DNA of 64,000 bases from an archaeon (GTDB lineage Archaea; Nanobdellota; Nanobdellia; Woesearchaeales; GW2011-AR15): assembly GCA_018657065.1 (NCBI GenBank), contig JABHXU010000001.1, positions 4,703 through 68,702 of the forward strand, given 5' to 3'. The position numbers were made by a program, and so were the translations under genes. This document shows positions 49,915 to 60,495 of the stretch, piece by piece; positions within the stretch are counted from its first letter, which is position 1; every line of letters starts with the position of its first letter. Under the pieces are notes generated by a model. It made no database searches and was not told the origin of the DNA. It saw nothing but the letters and a program-made list of their open reading frames with translations.

Positions 49915-51722
49915 AAAAAATGAGCGAAGTAATATTAAACGGAAAATTCATAGGCAATGTTGAAAATCCTCAAAAACTCGTTGATTCATTTCAAGAAGAA
50001 AGGAGAAAAGGAAAGATTCATTATTCTATAAATATATATCAAGATAAAGTACTAAATCAAGTTATGATTGAATCATCAAAAGGAAGAGCAATTAGACCAC
50101 TTATTGTTGTAAAAGACGGTAAATCTCTTTTAACTGATAAACATCTAGAACAAATTCAAAAGAATGAATTAACTTTTTCAGATTTAGTAAACCAAGGAGT
50201 AATAGAATACTTGGATGCAATGGAAGAAGAAGCAGCTTTAGTTTCTTTTAATGAAAAAGGAATAACACTAAATCATACCCATATGGAAATTTTGCCTTTA
50301 GCAATAGTAGGTTTATGTACAAGTTTAGTTCCTTTTGGAAATTTTAATCAAAGTACAAGATTAAATGCAGGATCTAAAAATCAAAAACAAGCTTTAGGAT
50401 TATATACAGCAAACTATTTGGTTAGAATGGATATGGATGTTAATATTTTACAAACTCCTCAAATTCCAGTCGTTAAAACAATTATGCATGATTCTTGTGA
50501 TTATGAAAAACATCCTTCAGGACAAAATGTAGTTGTAGCAATTCTTAGTTTTGATGGATATAATATGGAAGACGCAATTTTACTAAATAAAGCGTCAGTT
50601 GAAAGAGGATTTGCTAGATCAACATATTATAGGCCTGTTATAACAGAAGAATTAAGATATTCAGGAGGTCTTATTGACGAAATTTCTGTTCCAGATAAAG
50701 ATGTTAAAGGATATAAAACTGAAAAGGATTATAGATTATTAGAAGGAGATGGAATTATTTATCCAGAAGCAGTTATTGCAGAAGGAGATGTAGTTATAGG
50801 AAAAACTTCCCCACCTAGATTCTTAAGTAGTTTAGATGAATATAATTTAACAACAAGTTCAAGAAGAGAATCTTCTATGACTATTAAACATGGTGAAAAA
50901 GGAATTGTTGATTTTATATTACTCACTGAAAACAATGAAGGTAATAAATTAGTTCAAGTAAGATTAAGAGACCAAAGAATTCCAGAAATGGGAGATAAGT
51001 TTACATCAAGACATGGTCAAAAAGGAGTTATTGGATTAATAATTGATACAGAAGACATGCCTTATTCAGCATCAGGTATTGTTCCAGACATTATATTTAA
51101 CCCACACGGTATTCCTTCAAGAATGACAATGTCACATTTGATTGAACTTATTGGTGGAAAAGTTGGTAGTTTAGCTGGAAGATATATTGATGGAACAGCA
51201 TTTGAATCAGAACAGCATGTTGATTTAAGAAAAGAATTGGCAAGAATGGGTTTTAGAGAAGATGGAACTGAAACATTTTATAATGGGAGAACAGGAGAAA
51301 TGTTAAAAGCCCAAATTTTTGTTGGTGACATGTATTACTTAAAATTAAAACACATGGTATCAAATAAAGTTCACGCTAGAGCAAGAGGTCCAATCCAATT
51401 ATTAACTAGACAACCTACCGAAGGTAGAGCAAAAGAAGGTGGTCTAAGATTAGGAGAAATGGAGAAAGATACTTTTGTAAGTCACGGAGTGGCATCACTT
51501 TTAAAAGAAAGATTTGATTCAGATAAGGTCGCAGTACCAGTTTGTATTAAATCTGGATTAATAGGTTATTATGACAAAAGAAAGGATAGACTTGTTAGCC
51601 CGATATATGGGGAGGGTGCAGAAATGGCTTATGTTGAAATGAGCTATGCATTTAAATTATTACTTGATGAGTTAAAATCATTTGGTATATATCCTAAATT
51701 AGAATTGGAGGACAAGTATTAG
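49911..51722 (+). CDS. rpoB1: RNA polymerase subunit B' (C-terminal half of split RpoB)
   Basis: GDKFTSRHGQKG, NPHGIPSRMT and C-terminal motifs. Confidence 0.9.
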   Translation: MKKMSEVILNGKFIGNVENPQKLVDSFQEERRKGKIHYSINIYQDKVLNQVMIESSKGRAIRPLIVVKDGKSLLTDKHLEQIQKNELTFSDLVNQGVIEYLDAMEEEAALVSFNEKGITLNHTHMEILPLAIVGLCTSLVPFGNFNQSTRLNAGSKNQKQALGLYTANYLVRMDMDVNILQTPQIPVVKTIMHDSCDYEKHPSGQNVVVAILSFDGYNMEDAILLNKASVERGFARSTYYRPVITEELRYSGGLIDEISVPDKDVKGYKTEKDYRLLEGDGIIYPEAVIAEGDVVIGKTSPPRFLSSLDEYNLTTSSRRESSMTIKHGEKGIVDFILLTENNEGNKLVQVRLRDQRIPEMGDKFTSRHGQKGVIGLIIDTEDMPYSASGIVPDIIFNPHGIPSRMTMSHLIELIGGKVGSLAGRYIDGTAFESEQHVDLRKELARMGFREDGTETFYNGRTGEMLKAQIFVGDMYYLKLKHMVSNKVHARARGPIQLLTRQPTEGRAKEGGLRLGEMEKDTFVSHGVASLLKERFDSDKVAVPVCIKSGLIGYYDKRKDRLVSPIYGEGAEMAYVEMSYAFKLLLDELKSFGIYPKLELEDKY

Positions 51723-54311
51723 GTGTTTATCATGGTTCCAGAATATATTCCAAACAAAATCAAATCAATCAAATTTGGTATAATTTCACCAAAAATGATT
51801 AAACAAATGTCAGTTGCCAAAGTAGTCACACCAGAATTATATGATAAAGAAGGATATCCAGTTGACGGAGGGTTAATGGATATTAGGCTAGGAGTTATTG
51901 ATCCAGGACTTGTTTGTAAAACAGATGGGTTAAAATTAAAAGAAAGTTTAGGTCATTTTGGATATATTGAACTTGCTAGACCTGTCATTCACATTAAATT
52001 TGCAAAATTAATATTGGATTTAATGAGATGTTCATGTAAAGAATGTGGTAGAGTTTTAATTCCAGACGAAGAAATAGCTAAAGTAATTAAAAAGACAAAA
52101 AAAGAAGGAAAAGTTAAAGATGCTAGGTCACAAAGAGTCATGGTTAAAGAAACAATTGTAAAACTTAGAACAATAACTAAGTGTCCACATTGTAAAGTAA
52201 CATTAGAAAAAATAAAAATTGAGAAACCTTCAACTTATTATGAAGGAGACAATAGAAGATTAAGCCCAATTGAAATTAGAACTAGACTAGAAAAAATACC
52301 TAATGAAGATTTAGAGTTATTTGGTCTAAATTCAGAAGTTTTTAGACCTGAGTGGGCAATTTTAACACTTTTACCTATTCCACCAGTAACAATGAGACCT
52401 TCTATTACCTTAGAATCTGGTGAAAGAAGTGAAGATGATTTAACACACAAATTAGGAGATGTAGTTAGAATTAACCAAAGATTATTTGAAAATATAAATG
52501 CAGGAGCTCCTGAAATAATTATCGAAGATCTATGGGATTTGTTACAATATCATATAACAACCTTTATTGATAACAATGTAGCACAATTACCTCCAGCAAG
52601 ACACCGAAGTGGTCAACCATTAAAAACTATCACTGAAAGAATAAAAAGTAAAGAAGGAAGAATAAGACATAATTTAGCAGGTAAAAGAACAAATTTCTCA
52701 GCTAGAACCGTCATTAGTCCTGATTCAATGATTGCACTTGATGAAGTAGGTGTTCCTTTAGTTGTAGCAATGAAAATGACTGTTCCAGAAAGAATAACCG
52801 AATGGAACTTTGAATACTTAAAAGAATATGTTAAAAGAGGACCAAAAAAATATCCAGGAGCAAATTATGTAGTTAGACCAGATGGAAAGAAAAAGAAAAT
52901 TACAGATGAAACAAAAGAAGCTCTATTAGAAGAATTACAAATGGGATATTTAATTGAGAGGCATATTATTGATGATGATGTTGCAATCTTTAACAGACAA
53001 CCATCTCTTCACAGAATGAGTATGATGTGTCACAAGACTAGAGTTATTCCAGGATTAACATTTAGATTAAATCCGGCTGTTTGTGCACCTTATAATGCAG
53101 ATTTTGACGGGGACGAGATGAATTTACACGTACCTCAAACAGAAGAAGCAAGAGCAGAAGCAGAATTGTTAATGGAAGTTGAAACACAATTGATTAGTCC
53201 TAGATATGGTTTAGGGATTATTGCATGTAATCATGATTCAATTGGTGGAAATTATATGTTAACAAAGATGCTTGATTTCAAAAAAGCGGAAGCAATTGAA
53301 TTATTAGCTTCAGTTGGTGTTGAAGATTTTAGTTCCTTACCTAAAAAGGATGTAGTATCTGGAAAAGAAATTTTTTCAGTATTAATTCCTAAAGACTTTA
53401 ATTTTATAGGTAAAGCTAGAGATGGAACAAAAGTCGTTATTAAGAACGGATTGTTAAGAGAAGGATTTATGGATTCAGCTAATTTAGGTAGTGGAAAAGG
53501 ACTTTTAATTAGAAATCTTCAAAAAAGATATGGTAATGAGGAAGCACTTAGAATACTTGGTGCCATATTTAGACTTGGAGTTAAAACCTTATTTGTTCAT
53601 GGATTTACTGCAGCATTTTCTGATACAGATTTAGAAAAAGAAAATCAACAAGAGATTCAAGATATTTTAGATAATGCAGAAAAGAAAGTAAATAGTTTAA
53701 TTGAAATCTTTGAAAAAGGAGATTTAGACGCTTTTCCAGGTAGATCAATTGAAGAAACATTAGAATTAAAGATTCTTGAAACTTTAAACAAAGCAAGAAA
53801 TGATGCTGGAAGAGTTGTAGCAAAATCACTTGATGAAACAAAAAACACTCTAATAATGAGTAAATCAGGTGCAAGAGGAAATATTATTAATCTTGCTCAG
53901 ATGGCTGCAATTGTAGGTCAGCAAGCTCTTAGAGGAAAAAGAATTGAAAAAGGATACAAAGGAAGAACTTTGTCATGCTTTAAAGATGGAGATTTAAGAT
54001 CAGCACCAAGAGGATTTATTAAAAAAGGGTTTAGACAAGGTTTAGAGCCTCATGAATTTTTCTTCATGGCTATGACAGGACGAGATTCATTAATGGATAC
54101 TGCACTAAGAACTCCTAAATCTGGTTACTTATATAGAAGATTAGCTAATGCAATGCAAGACTTAAAAGTCGAATACGACGGAACAGTTAGAAATTCGTCA
54201 AAAAGAATTATTCAATTTGAGTATGGTGAAGATAGTATTGATGTTTCCAAATCTGAAGCAGGAAAAATTAATGTACACAGAATAATTGAATCAGTTATGG
54301 AGGGTAAATAA
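51723..54311 (+). CDS. rpoA1: RNA polymerase subunit A'
   Basis: Zinc ribbons, NADFDGDEMN catalytic loop. Confidence 0.95.
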   Translation: MFIMVPEYIPNKIKSIKFGIISPKMIKQMSVAKVVTPELYDKEGYPVDGGLMDIRLGVIDPGLVCKTDGLKLKESLGHFGYIELARPVIHIKFAKLILDLMRCSCKECGRVLIPDEEIAKVIKKTKKEGKVKDARSQRVMVKETIVKLRTITKCPHCKVTLEKIKIEKPSTYYEGDNRRLSPIEIRTRLEKIPNEDLELFGLNSEVFRPEWAILTLLPIPPVTMRPSITLESGERSEDDLTHKLGDVVRINQRLFENINAGAPEIIIEDLWDLLQYHITTFIDNNVAQLPPARHRSGQPLKTITERIKSKEGRIRHNLAGKRTNFSARTVISPDSMIALDEVGVPLVVAMKMTVPERITEWNFEYLKEYVKRGPKKYPGANYVVRPDGKKKKITDETKEALLEELQMGYLIERHIIDDDVAIFNRQPSLHRMSMMCHKTRVIPGLTFRLNPAVCAPYNADFDGDEMNLHVPQTEEARAEAELLMEVETQLISPRYGLGIIACNHDSIGGNYMLTKMLDFKKAEAIELLASVGVEDFSSLPKKDVVSGKEIFSVLIPKDFNFIGKARDGTKVVIKNGLLREGFMDSANLGSGKGLLIRNLQKRYGNEEALRILGAIFRLGVKTLFVHGFTAAFSDTDLEKENQQEIQDILDNAEKKVNSLIEIFEKGDLDAFPGRSIEETLELKILETLNKARNDAGRVVAKSLDETKNTLIMSKSGARGNIINLAQMAAIVGQQALRGKRIEKGYKGRTLSCFKDGDLRSAPRGFIKKGFRQGLEPHEFFFMAMTGRDSLMDTALRTPKSGYLYRRLANAMQDLKVEYDGTVRNSSKRIIQFEYGEDSIDVSKSEAGKINVHRIIESVMEGK

Positions 54312-54312
54312 A

Positions 54313-55467
54313 ATGGAAGCCCTATACAAGGAATATCAAGATAAAATTTCAGGTAAATTACTTAGTGATATAAAAGAAGCAATGCCTGAAAAATACACAA
54401 AATCACAACTAAAAGAAATATTAGATTTAGTTGCAGAAGAATATGAAGTTTCAAAAATTGAAGCAGGAGAATCTGTTGGTCTTGTTAGTGCACAGTCAGT
54501 AGGAGAACCTGGAACCCAGATGACTCTTAACACATTTCATTTTGCAGGAGTAGCAGAATTTAACGTTACAGTTGGTCTTCCTAGAATTATTGAAATATTA
54601 GATGGAAGAAAAAAGATTTCAACTCCGATGATGGAAATTTATTTAAAAGGACCATACGCAAAAGGTAAAGATATTAAAAAAATTGCCGAGTCAATTAAAC
54701 AAACAGAATTTAGGGATTTTATTAGAGAAATTAGTTTAGAAATAACTGAAGGAATTCTAGAAGTAACAATTGATTTAGACAAATTGAAAAGAGTTGACTT
54801 AAAAGAAGTTAAATTAATGAAAATTCTTGAAAAAGCACTTAAAGGTTTTACATTAAAACAAGATAAAAATAAAGTTATAATTAAAACAAAAGGAAAACAA
54901 GAGAGTATTTCTGAATTATATAAAGCAAAAGAAAAAATTAAATCAATATATGTTTCAGGAATTAAGGGTATCTTACAAGTTCTGCCTGTTAAAAGAGAAG
55001 AAGAATTTATTATTATGACTGCAGGAAGTAATTTAAAAGAGATCTTTAAACTTGATTATGTTGATACTGATAGAACATTAACAAATGATATTTTTGAAAT
55101 TAGAGACATATTAGGAATTGAAGCAGCTAGACAAGCAGTTATCAATGAAGTCTTCAAAGTTATTGAAAATCAAGGTTTAAATGTAGATATTAGACACATT
55201 ATGCTTATATCTGATACAATGTCTTTTACAGGAAAAGTAAGAGGAATTACTAGATATGGAGTTGTTAATGATAAATCTTCAGTCCTTGCTAGAGCTTCTT
55301 TTGAAACTCCAGTTAAACATATTATTAATGCTGCACTAATTGGTGAAACTGATCCTCTTTCAAGTGTAGTTGAGAATGTTATGATTAATCAGATGATTCC
55401 TGTAGGAACTGGGTTACCTAAATTAGTTGCACAGATAAACAAAAAAGAGGATAAAAAGAAGAAATAA
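54313..55467 (+). CDS. rpoA2: RNA polymerase subunit A'' (start taken at MEALYKEY)
   Basis: Trigger-loop region GESVGLVSAQSVGEPGTQMTLNTFHFAG. Confidence 0.9.
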   Translation: MEALYKEYQDKISGKLLSDIKEAMPEKYTKSQLKEILDLVAEEYEVSKIEAGESVGLVSAQSVGEPGTQMTLNTFHFAGVAEFNVTVGLPRIIEILDGRKKISTPMMEIYLKGPYAKGKDIKKIAESIKQTEFRDFIREISLEITEGILEVTIDLDKLKRVDLKEVKLMKILEKALKGFTLKQDKNKVIIKTKGKQESISELYKAKEKIKSIYVSGIKGILQVLPVKREEEFIIMTAGSNLKEIFKLDYVDTDRTLTNDIFEIRDILGIEAARQAVINEVFKVIENQGLNVDIRHIMLISDTMSFTGKVRGITRYGVVNDKSSVLARASFETPVKHIINAALIGETDPLSSVVENVMINQMIPVGTGLPKLVAQINKKEDKKKK

Positions 55468-55500
55468 TTTTTTTATTTTTACTTAATTTATATTAATTAT

Positions 55501-55860
55501 TTATCCTCTAAATAATGTTTTTAATTTTGCTTCTTTACTTTTAAAGAATTCTTTAGAGAATAACATTGCTTTTTGGTCGTTAAATTTTTTGCAAGCAAAA
55601 ATATCAATAAATGCTCTTAGATTTATTTCATCTAAATGAACTACTAGCGTTGAAGTTTCAATAAATTGCATTGCAGATAATCCTTCCAAATTACCTTCTC
55701 CAAATCTTTCAATTTTTGGGTTTCCAAAAGGTTTAACATCAATTTCTTTACATAAATATGTGCAAAAATTAGATAATAGTTTTTTATCAATTAATAGTTC
55801 ATATTTACAATCAAATAAATCAATTAATGTTGTTTGTCCCCAAGGTAAACTTTTAACCAT
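55501..55860 (-). CDS. speH: S-adenosylmethionine decarboxylase proenzyme-like (SpeH, pyruvoyl class)
   Basis: N-terminal KSLPWGQTTLIDLFDC and the predicted self-processing region FGEG...IETSTLVVH align with SpeH (AESH.S.H), but the site is T-S rather than E-S. Confidence 0.5.
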   Translation of the reverse strand: MVKSLPWGQTTLIDLFDCKYELLIDKKLLSNFCTYLCKEIDVKPFGNPKIERFGEGNLEGLSAMQFIETSTLVVHLDEINLRAFIDIFACKKFNDQKAMLFSKEFFKSKEAKLKTLFRG

Positions 55861-55872
55861 TTTAGAAAAAAA

Positions 55873-57282
55873 TTAAAGGCCAAAACTAACTTGGCTTTTA
55901 TTTGATTTAACTACTCTTTCTGTATCTTTTCTTAGGAATTTAATTTTAGCAGATGGAAGAGTTAAACCTCCTACAATAGTCATTCTAGTTTTAATTCTAT
56001 AACTAATTATTCTTTCTTCAAAAGGTTCAAGAACTTCAAATTCCCATTTAATAATTGTACCTTTTTTATGGTGTTTAAGAATTTTAGTAGGTTCTAGAGT
56101 TCCTAGATGTTCTTGTTTTACCAAATTAGCTATAGGAGAGACTAAATCAGTTAGAGTTAAATTTTCAATTAATTCAGCACTTCTATTTCTTAAATGTAAA
56201 AGAACTTTCATTTCAGAAATACCGTCATCACTAGGGCCAACTACAATTGATTCTTTTTTAATCAAAACAGGACTTCTATAGATAAAATATACCATTAAAA
56301 CAATAATACTCATTAAAATTAAATATAATGCAGGTCTATAATTTCTTACAACACTAATATGTGCTTCTTCATTTGGTTGTAGGTCTAAAGACCATTCAAA
56401 ATATTGATTTTTAAGATTAGTTGTGTCTGGTTTAGGATCCGTTTTTGTAAATAATTTTTGTAAAACTGTAGTATGGACTTTAAAATTTGATTTCTTTTTA
56501 ATATTTCCGTTGTTTGTAACAATGTAATCTGTACTTATTTTAAATAATCCTTTAATTTTATCTTGGGATTCTTTAAACTCAGAATAAGCAATAACTTCAT
56601 GATTAATCCTTTCTCTATTTACTGTTTTATTATTATAAATAAGTGAGACTTCTAAAATATCTTCTTTTGGTTTTGTATTTGGATCAATCATGTACTGCAT
56701 GTTTTCTTTAGTTTCTGAAAGAGGTTCTAAATTTATAATTTTATTATCATTAATTAATTCGCTATTTATTAAGATTTGAAGATTTTTTATATCCAATCTA
56801 TTTCTATTTCTAATATAAAGTTCTAACGGAATAGGTTCTCTAGGATCAATTTCTTTAGGATATGAAATTCTAAGTTCAATTGAAGGACTATATTCTTTAG
56901 GTGAATCATCATAGGATTTGACAAATACAGGAACTTGGAGAGTAGATTTTTCTTTGGAATTAGGACTTTCAACAATTATTTTAACACTTTGAGATCCTGT
57001 ATGAGCCCATGCACTTGGCAAAAGAGTTACTGTGAATTTTTTTTTTTGATTTCCTAAAATATTAGCAGGCGAAGGTTCAGAATCAACGTACCATTTTATA
57101 TCTGAAGTAAAAATGTTTAAATTTTTAGAATGAGAATCTGTATTATTTACAAATACATAAAATACTGCTTGTTCATCTAAATAGATGCTATTTTCAACAG
57201 ATTCTGCTGTGATTTTTAAATCAGCATGTGTTAAACCAACTAGTAAAATTAGTAGTGTTAAGATAATTATCCCTTTTTTCAT
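55873..57282 (-). CDS. Cell-surface protein (signal peptide, ~300-aa ectodomain, single TM, ~130-aa cytoplasmic tail)
   Basis: Start taken at MKKGIIILTLLILLVG; TM helix LYLILMSIIVLMVYFIY. Confidence 0.35.
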   Translation of the reverse strand: MKKGIIILTLLILLVGLTHADLKITAESVENSIYLDEQAVFYVFVNNTDSHSKNLNIFTSDIKWYVDSEPSPANILGNQKKKFTVTLLPSAWAHTGSQSVKIIVESPNSKEKSTLQVPVFVKSYDDSPKEYSPSIELRISYPKEIDPREPIPLELYIRNRNRLDIKNLQILINSELINDNKIINLEPLSETKENMQYMIDPNTKPKEDILEVSLIYNNKTVNRERINHEVIAYSEFKESQDKIKGLFKISTDYIVTNNGNIKKKSNFKVHTTVLQKLFTKTDPKPDTTNLKNQYFEWSLDLQPNEEAHISVVRNYRPALYLILMSIIVLMVYFIYRSPVLIKKESIVVGPSDDGISEMKVLLHLRNRSAELIENLTLTDLVSPIANLVKQEHLGTLEPTKILKHHKKGTIIKWEFEVLEPFEERIISYRIKTRMTIVGGLTLPSAKIKFLRKDTERVVKSNKSQVSFGL

Positions 57283-57364
57283 ATGATCTCCCCAATAATT
57301 ATAGAGAATAACTGCTTTATTAATTTTTGCGTTTTTTAGTAAATAATTAATCTTCAAAAATTAA

Positions 57365-58042
57365 TTATTTTTCAATTATTGTTCCAATAAATGCTTTACC
57401 TTCAAAATAATCTTGAATATTTTTTAGATTTGTGCCTTTAAGGATGATTACAGACATTTTGTTTTTTTGAGCTTCTATACTCGCAATTGGATCAAAAGGA
57501 CTATTTAATCTCGGTGTCCATTTATTTCCAACTATTTTTCTAAATTCTTTCCAAGAAATATTAAAAAGTTTTTTTGCATCTTTGTTTGACCTAGGATCTT
57601 TATCATACACATATTCAATGTTTGTAAGATTTAGAATTTTTTTAGCACCTAATTTATTACCTAAATAAACTGCAATATAATCAGTGGATCTACCTGGTTT
57701 CCATCCTGAAGCAATAATGATCTTTTTGTTTGTAATTATTTTTTTTGTTGGATCATGAATAACGTTTTCATAAGCATAGTCACCAAATATAACTCTAACA
57801 AGTTCAGAATTAAGTTTTGTGGCAGCTATTCCTAAATAATCTAAGTTTTCATCACTGATATCTGAGACTCTTTTAGCAGCACTATTATAATAAGAACTTG
57901 TTTTTCCACCACCACAGACTATGATAAATTTGTATTTATTTAGATTATTTATTATAAAATTTTTAAATTCCTTTAAAAAAAAGTAATCGGGTTTATCTGG
58001 TGCAATTATAGATCCACCAACTGATAAAACTATGGTTTCCAT
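57365..58042 (-). CDS. pyrH: Uridylate kinase (archaeal UMP kinase)
   Basis: LSVGGS...VCGGG amino-acid-kinase-fold motifs; archaeal length. Confidence 0.8.
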   Translation of the reverse strand: METIVLSVGGSIIAPDKPDYFFLKEFKNFIINNLNKYKFIIVCGGGKTSSYYNSAAKRVSDISDENLDYLGIAATKLNSELVRVIFGDYAYENVIHDPTKKIITNKKIIIASGWKPGRSTDYIAVYLGNKLGAKKILNLTNIEYVYDKDPRSNKDAKKLFNISWKEFRKIVGNKWTPRLNSPFDPIASIEAQKNKMSVIILKGTNLKNIQDYFEGKAFIGTIIEK

Positions 58043-58128
58043 GATGCAATCAAAAATTTGTATCTATAAAAGATTTCCTATTAACAAAACCAAAAATTAT
58101 AAATAGGAGATTTGTTAATTTTTAAGTT

Positions 58129-58524
58129 ATGGCAGAATTAGTATTATTACCCGCATTTGTAATGGGGGCTATAGTTGGTTTAATTGAATTATTTTTTGTT
58201 CATGCAGATGAAGTAGGAATGGGTTGGTTGTTACATGGATTACACGCACTTCCTTTTACTGTTTTATTTGTATTTGTTAGTATGAATGTTTCATTTATAT
58301 ATGGTTTTCTTCCAGGAGGATTAACAGAAAATCTTTGGGTTGATTTAGGAATACGAGCAGCTGTGTCTATTATTGGAATGATAAAAATAGCAGCAGCAGC
58401 AGCAATAGCCGGAAGAGTTGGAGAAAGAATTCATCATACGATTATTATAGGTGCATTAATATTTGCTTCACCATATATTTGGATGTTTATAGGTCCTTTT
58501 GTTCCTTTACCTGCGTGGTTATAA
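58129..58524 (+). CDS. Hypothetical small membrane protein (4 TM)
   Basis: Hydrophobicity only. Confidence 0.3.
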   Translation: MAELVLLPAFVMGAIVGLIELFFVHADEVGMGWLLHGLHALPFTVLFVFVSMNVSFIYGFLPGGLTENLWVDLGIRAAVSIIGMIKIAAAAAIAGRVGERIHHTIIIGALIFASPYIWMFIGPFVPLPAWL

Positions 58525-58537
58525 AAATAAATAAATT

Positions 58538-60445
58538 TTATTTTATTTTTTGTACATCAATATAATTAACATGTTCTAATGTTTTTAATATTTCAACAGT
58601 TTTTTTAACATCTGTTTCAGAATTAATTTTAATTTTTAATGTTATCAAAATTGATCTTTTATGAGGTTTTAAATTAATTGAGAGAACATTAATGTTAAAT
58701 TTTAATAAACTATTTAGAATTTGTTCAACCATGGCTAATTTGTCTTCAACATAGACATTGATTTTTCTAATGTCCTTTTGAGGTACATTCCAACTAACTT
58801 TTATTTTCCTACTTTTTCCCATGGTGTGAATATTTGGACAATTTGTTTTATGAACGGTTATAGTTCCTTCTTTCATTTTATATGCAACAATTTTATCTTC
58901 AAATTTTGGATTACAACATTTAGAAAGTTTAAGTTGTGCTTTTTTTCCTTCAAATGCAATATATTTTGCTAAGTTTATTTTATCTTTTTTTTGTCTTACT
59001 TGTTTAGGATCGATGTCTGATTCAATTCCTAATGAAGATCTAATTTTTTGTTTCGCTTTACTAGATACAACAAAAGAAAGCCAAGATCTAGAAGGTTTTG
59101 AATTTGGTGAAGTTATGATGTGAATAACATCTCCACTTTTTAATTTGTAATCCAATGCAACTAATTTTTTATTAACTCTAGCTTTAGAACAACTGTCTCC
59201 AATTTTGGTATGTATTTCATATGCAAAATCTAATGGTGTTGATTCTTCAGGTAGTATAATTGGATCACCTTTTGGAGAAAAGACTACAATTTCATCTCTA
59301 AACAAATCAACTCGCAAAGTGTCTAGAAATTCCCCTGGTGCTTTTCTTTTCCAATCTAAAACTTGTTCAAGCCAAGAAATTCTTTTATCAAATTTTTTAT
59401 CTCTATCTGTTCCTTTGTATCTCCAATGAGCAGCAACACCGTATTTAGCTACGTAGTGCATATCAACAGTTCTGATTTGAACTTCTAATACAACGTCAAA
59501 AGGAGTGGCAACGTCAGTATGAAGAGATTGGTAACCATTTGATTTAGGAACAGCAACATAATCTTTAAATCTTCCAGGAATAGGTTTCCATAGTTGATGA
59601 ATTTCAGCAAGAACTCTATAACAGTCAGGAATAGATTTAACAATGATTCTAATTGCAATTAAATCGTATATTTCATCAAAACTTTTTTTATCACTGATCA
59701 TTTTTTTGTAGATACTAAAAAAATATTTTGCTCGACCAGAGACTTCAAAATATTCAATTTTTTTTTCTTCTAAATTCTTTTTAACTAAACCTAGAATCAT
59801 TTCTGCTTTGTCTTCCCTATTTTCTCTTTTTTCATTTATTCTTTTTTTAAGATATTGATAAATATCAGGTTTTAAATATCTAAGAGACAGATCTTCAAGT
59901 TCTCCTTTGATAGAATATAATCCCAATTTGTGGGCAATAGGAGCATAAATTTCCATAGTTTCTTTTGAAATTCTTTTTTGTTTATCCTCTCTAAGATGTT
60001 TGAGAGTTCTCATATTATTTAATCTATCAGCTAGTTTAATTAATATAACTCTAACGTCTTTAGTAGTGGCAAGTAATATTTTTCTCCAATTTTCAGCAGT
60101 GTATGCTTCAGGTGAATCAAAATTAACTTTAGTGGTTTTAGTTTCCCCTTCAACTAAAGATGCAATTTCAGTGCCAAATTCTTTTTCAATGTCTTTTAAA
60201 TTATATGGTGATTCTTCAATTACATCATGAAGTAAAGCAGCACAAATTGTTGGAATATCAGGTTTAAATTCAAGTAATATATTTACAACTTCTACAGGAT
60301 GATCAATATAATCGTGTCCAGACATTCTTTTTTGTCCACTATGAGCGTCCTTTGAACGTTCGTATGCTTTTTGAATTAATTTTAAATCAGATTTAGGATC
60401 ATATGATTTTACTTCAGTTAAAATATTTTGTAATGCTTTATCCAT
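58538..60445 (-). CDS. Long RelA/SpoT-homologue (RSH) (p)ppGpp synthetase/hydrolase with HD, synthetase, TGS and ACT-like regions
   Basis: HD hydrolase motifs (HSGQKRMSGHDYIDHPV...ALLHDVIEES), synthetase motifs (YDLIAIRIIV, GYQSLHTDV, EVQIRT), a TGS-like segment and a C-terminal regulatory region. Confidence 0.8.
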   Translation of the reverse strand: MDKALQNILTEVKSYDPKSDLKLIQKAYERSKDAHSGQKRMSGHDYIDHPVEVVNILLEFKPDIPTICAALLHDVIEESPYNLKDIEKEFGTEIASLVEGETKTTKVNFDSPEAYTAENWRKILLATTKDVRVILIKLADRLNNMRTLKHLREDKQKRISKETMEIYAPIAHKLGLYSIKGELEDLSLRYLKPDIYQYLKKRINEKRENREDKAEMILGLVKKNLEEKKIEYFEVSGRAKYFFSIYKKMISDKKSFDEIYDLIAIRIIVKSIPDCYRVLAEIHQLWKPIPGRFKDYVAVPKSNGYQSLHTDVATPFDVVLEVQIRTVDMHYVAKYGVAAHWRYKGTDRDKKFDKRISWLEQVLDWKRKAPGEFLDTLRVDLFRDEIVVFSPKGDPIILPEESTPLDFAYEIHTKIGDSCSKARVNKKLVALDYKLKSGDVIHIITSPNSKPSRSWLSFVVSSKAKQKIRSSLGIESDIDPKQVRQKKDKINLAKYIAFEGKKAQLKLSKCCNPKFEDKIVAYKMKEGTITVHKTNCPNIHTMGKSRKIKVSWNVPQKDIRKINVYVEDKLAMVEQILNSLLKFNINVLSINLKPHKRSILITLKIKINSETDVKKTVEILKTLEHVNYIDVQKIK

Positions 60446-60495
60446 GAAAAACCTAAAGATAAGAAAATATTAAAAGATTGTGGATTCAAAGCATG

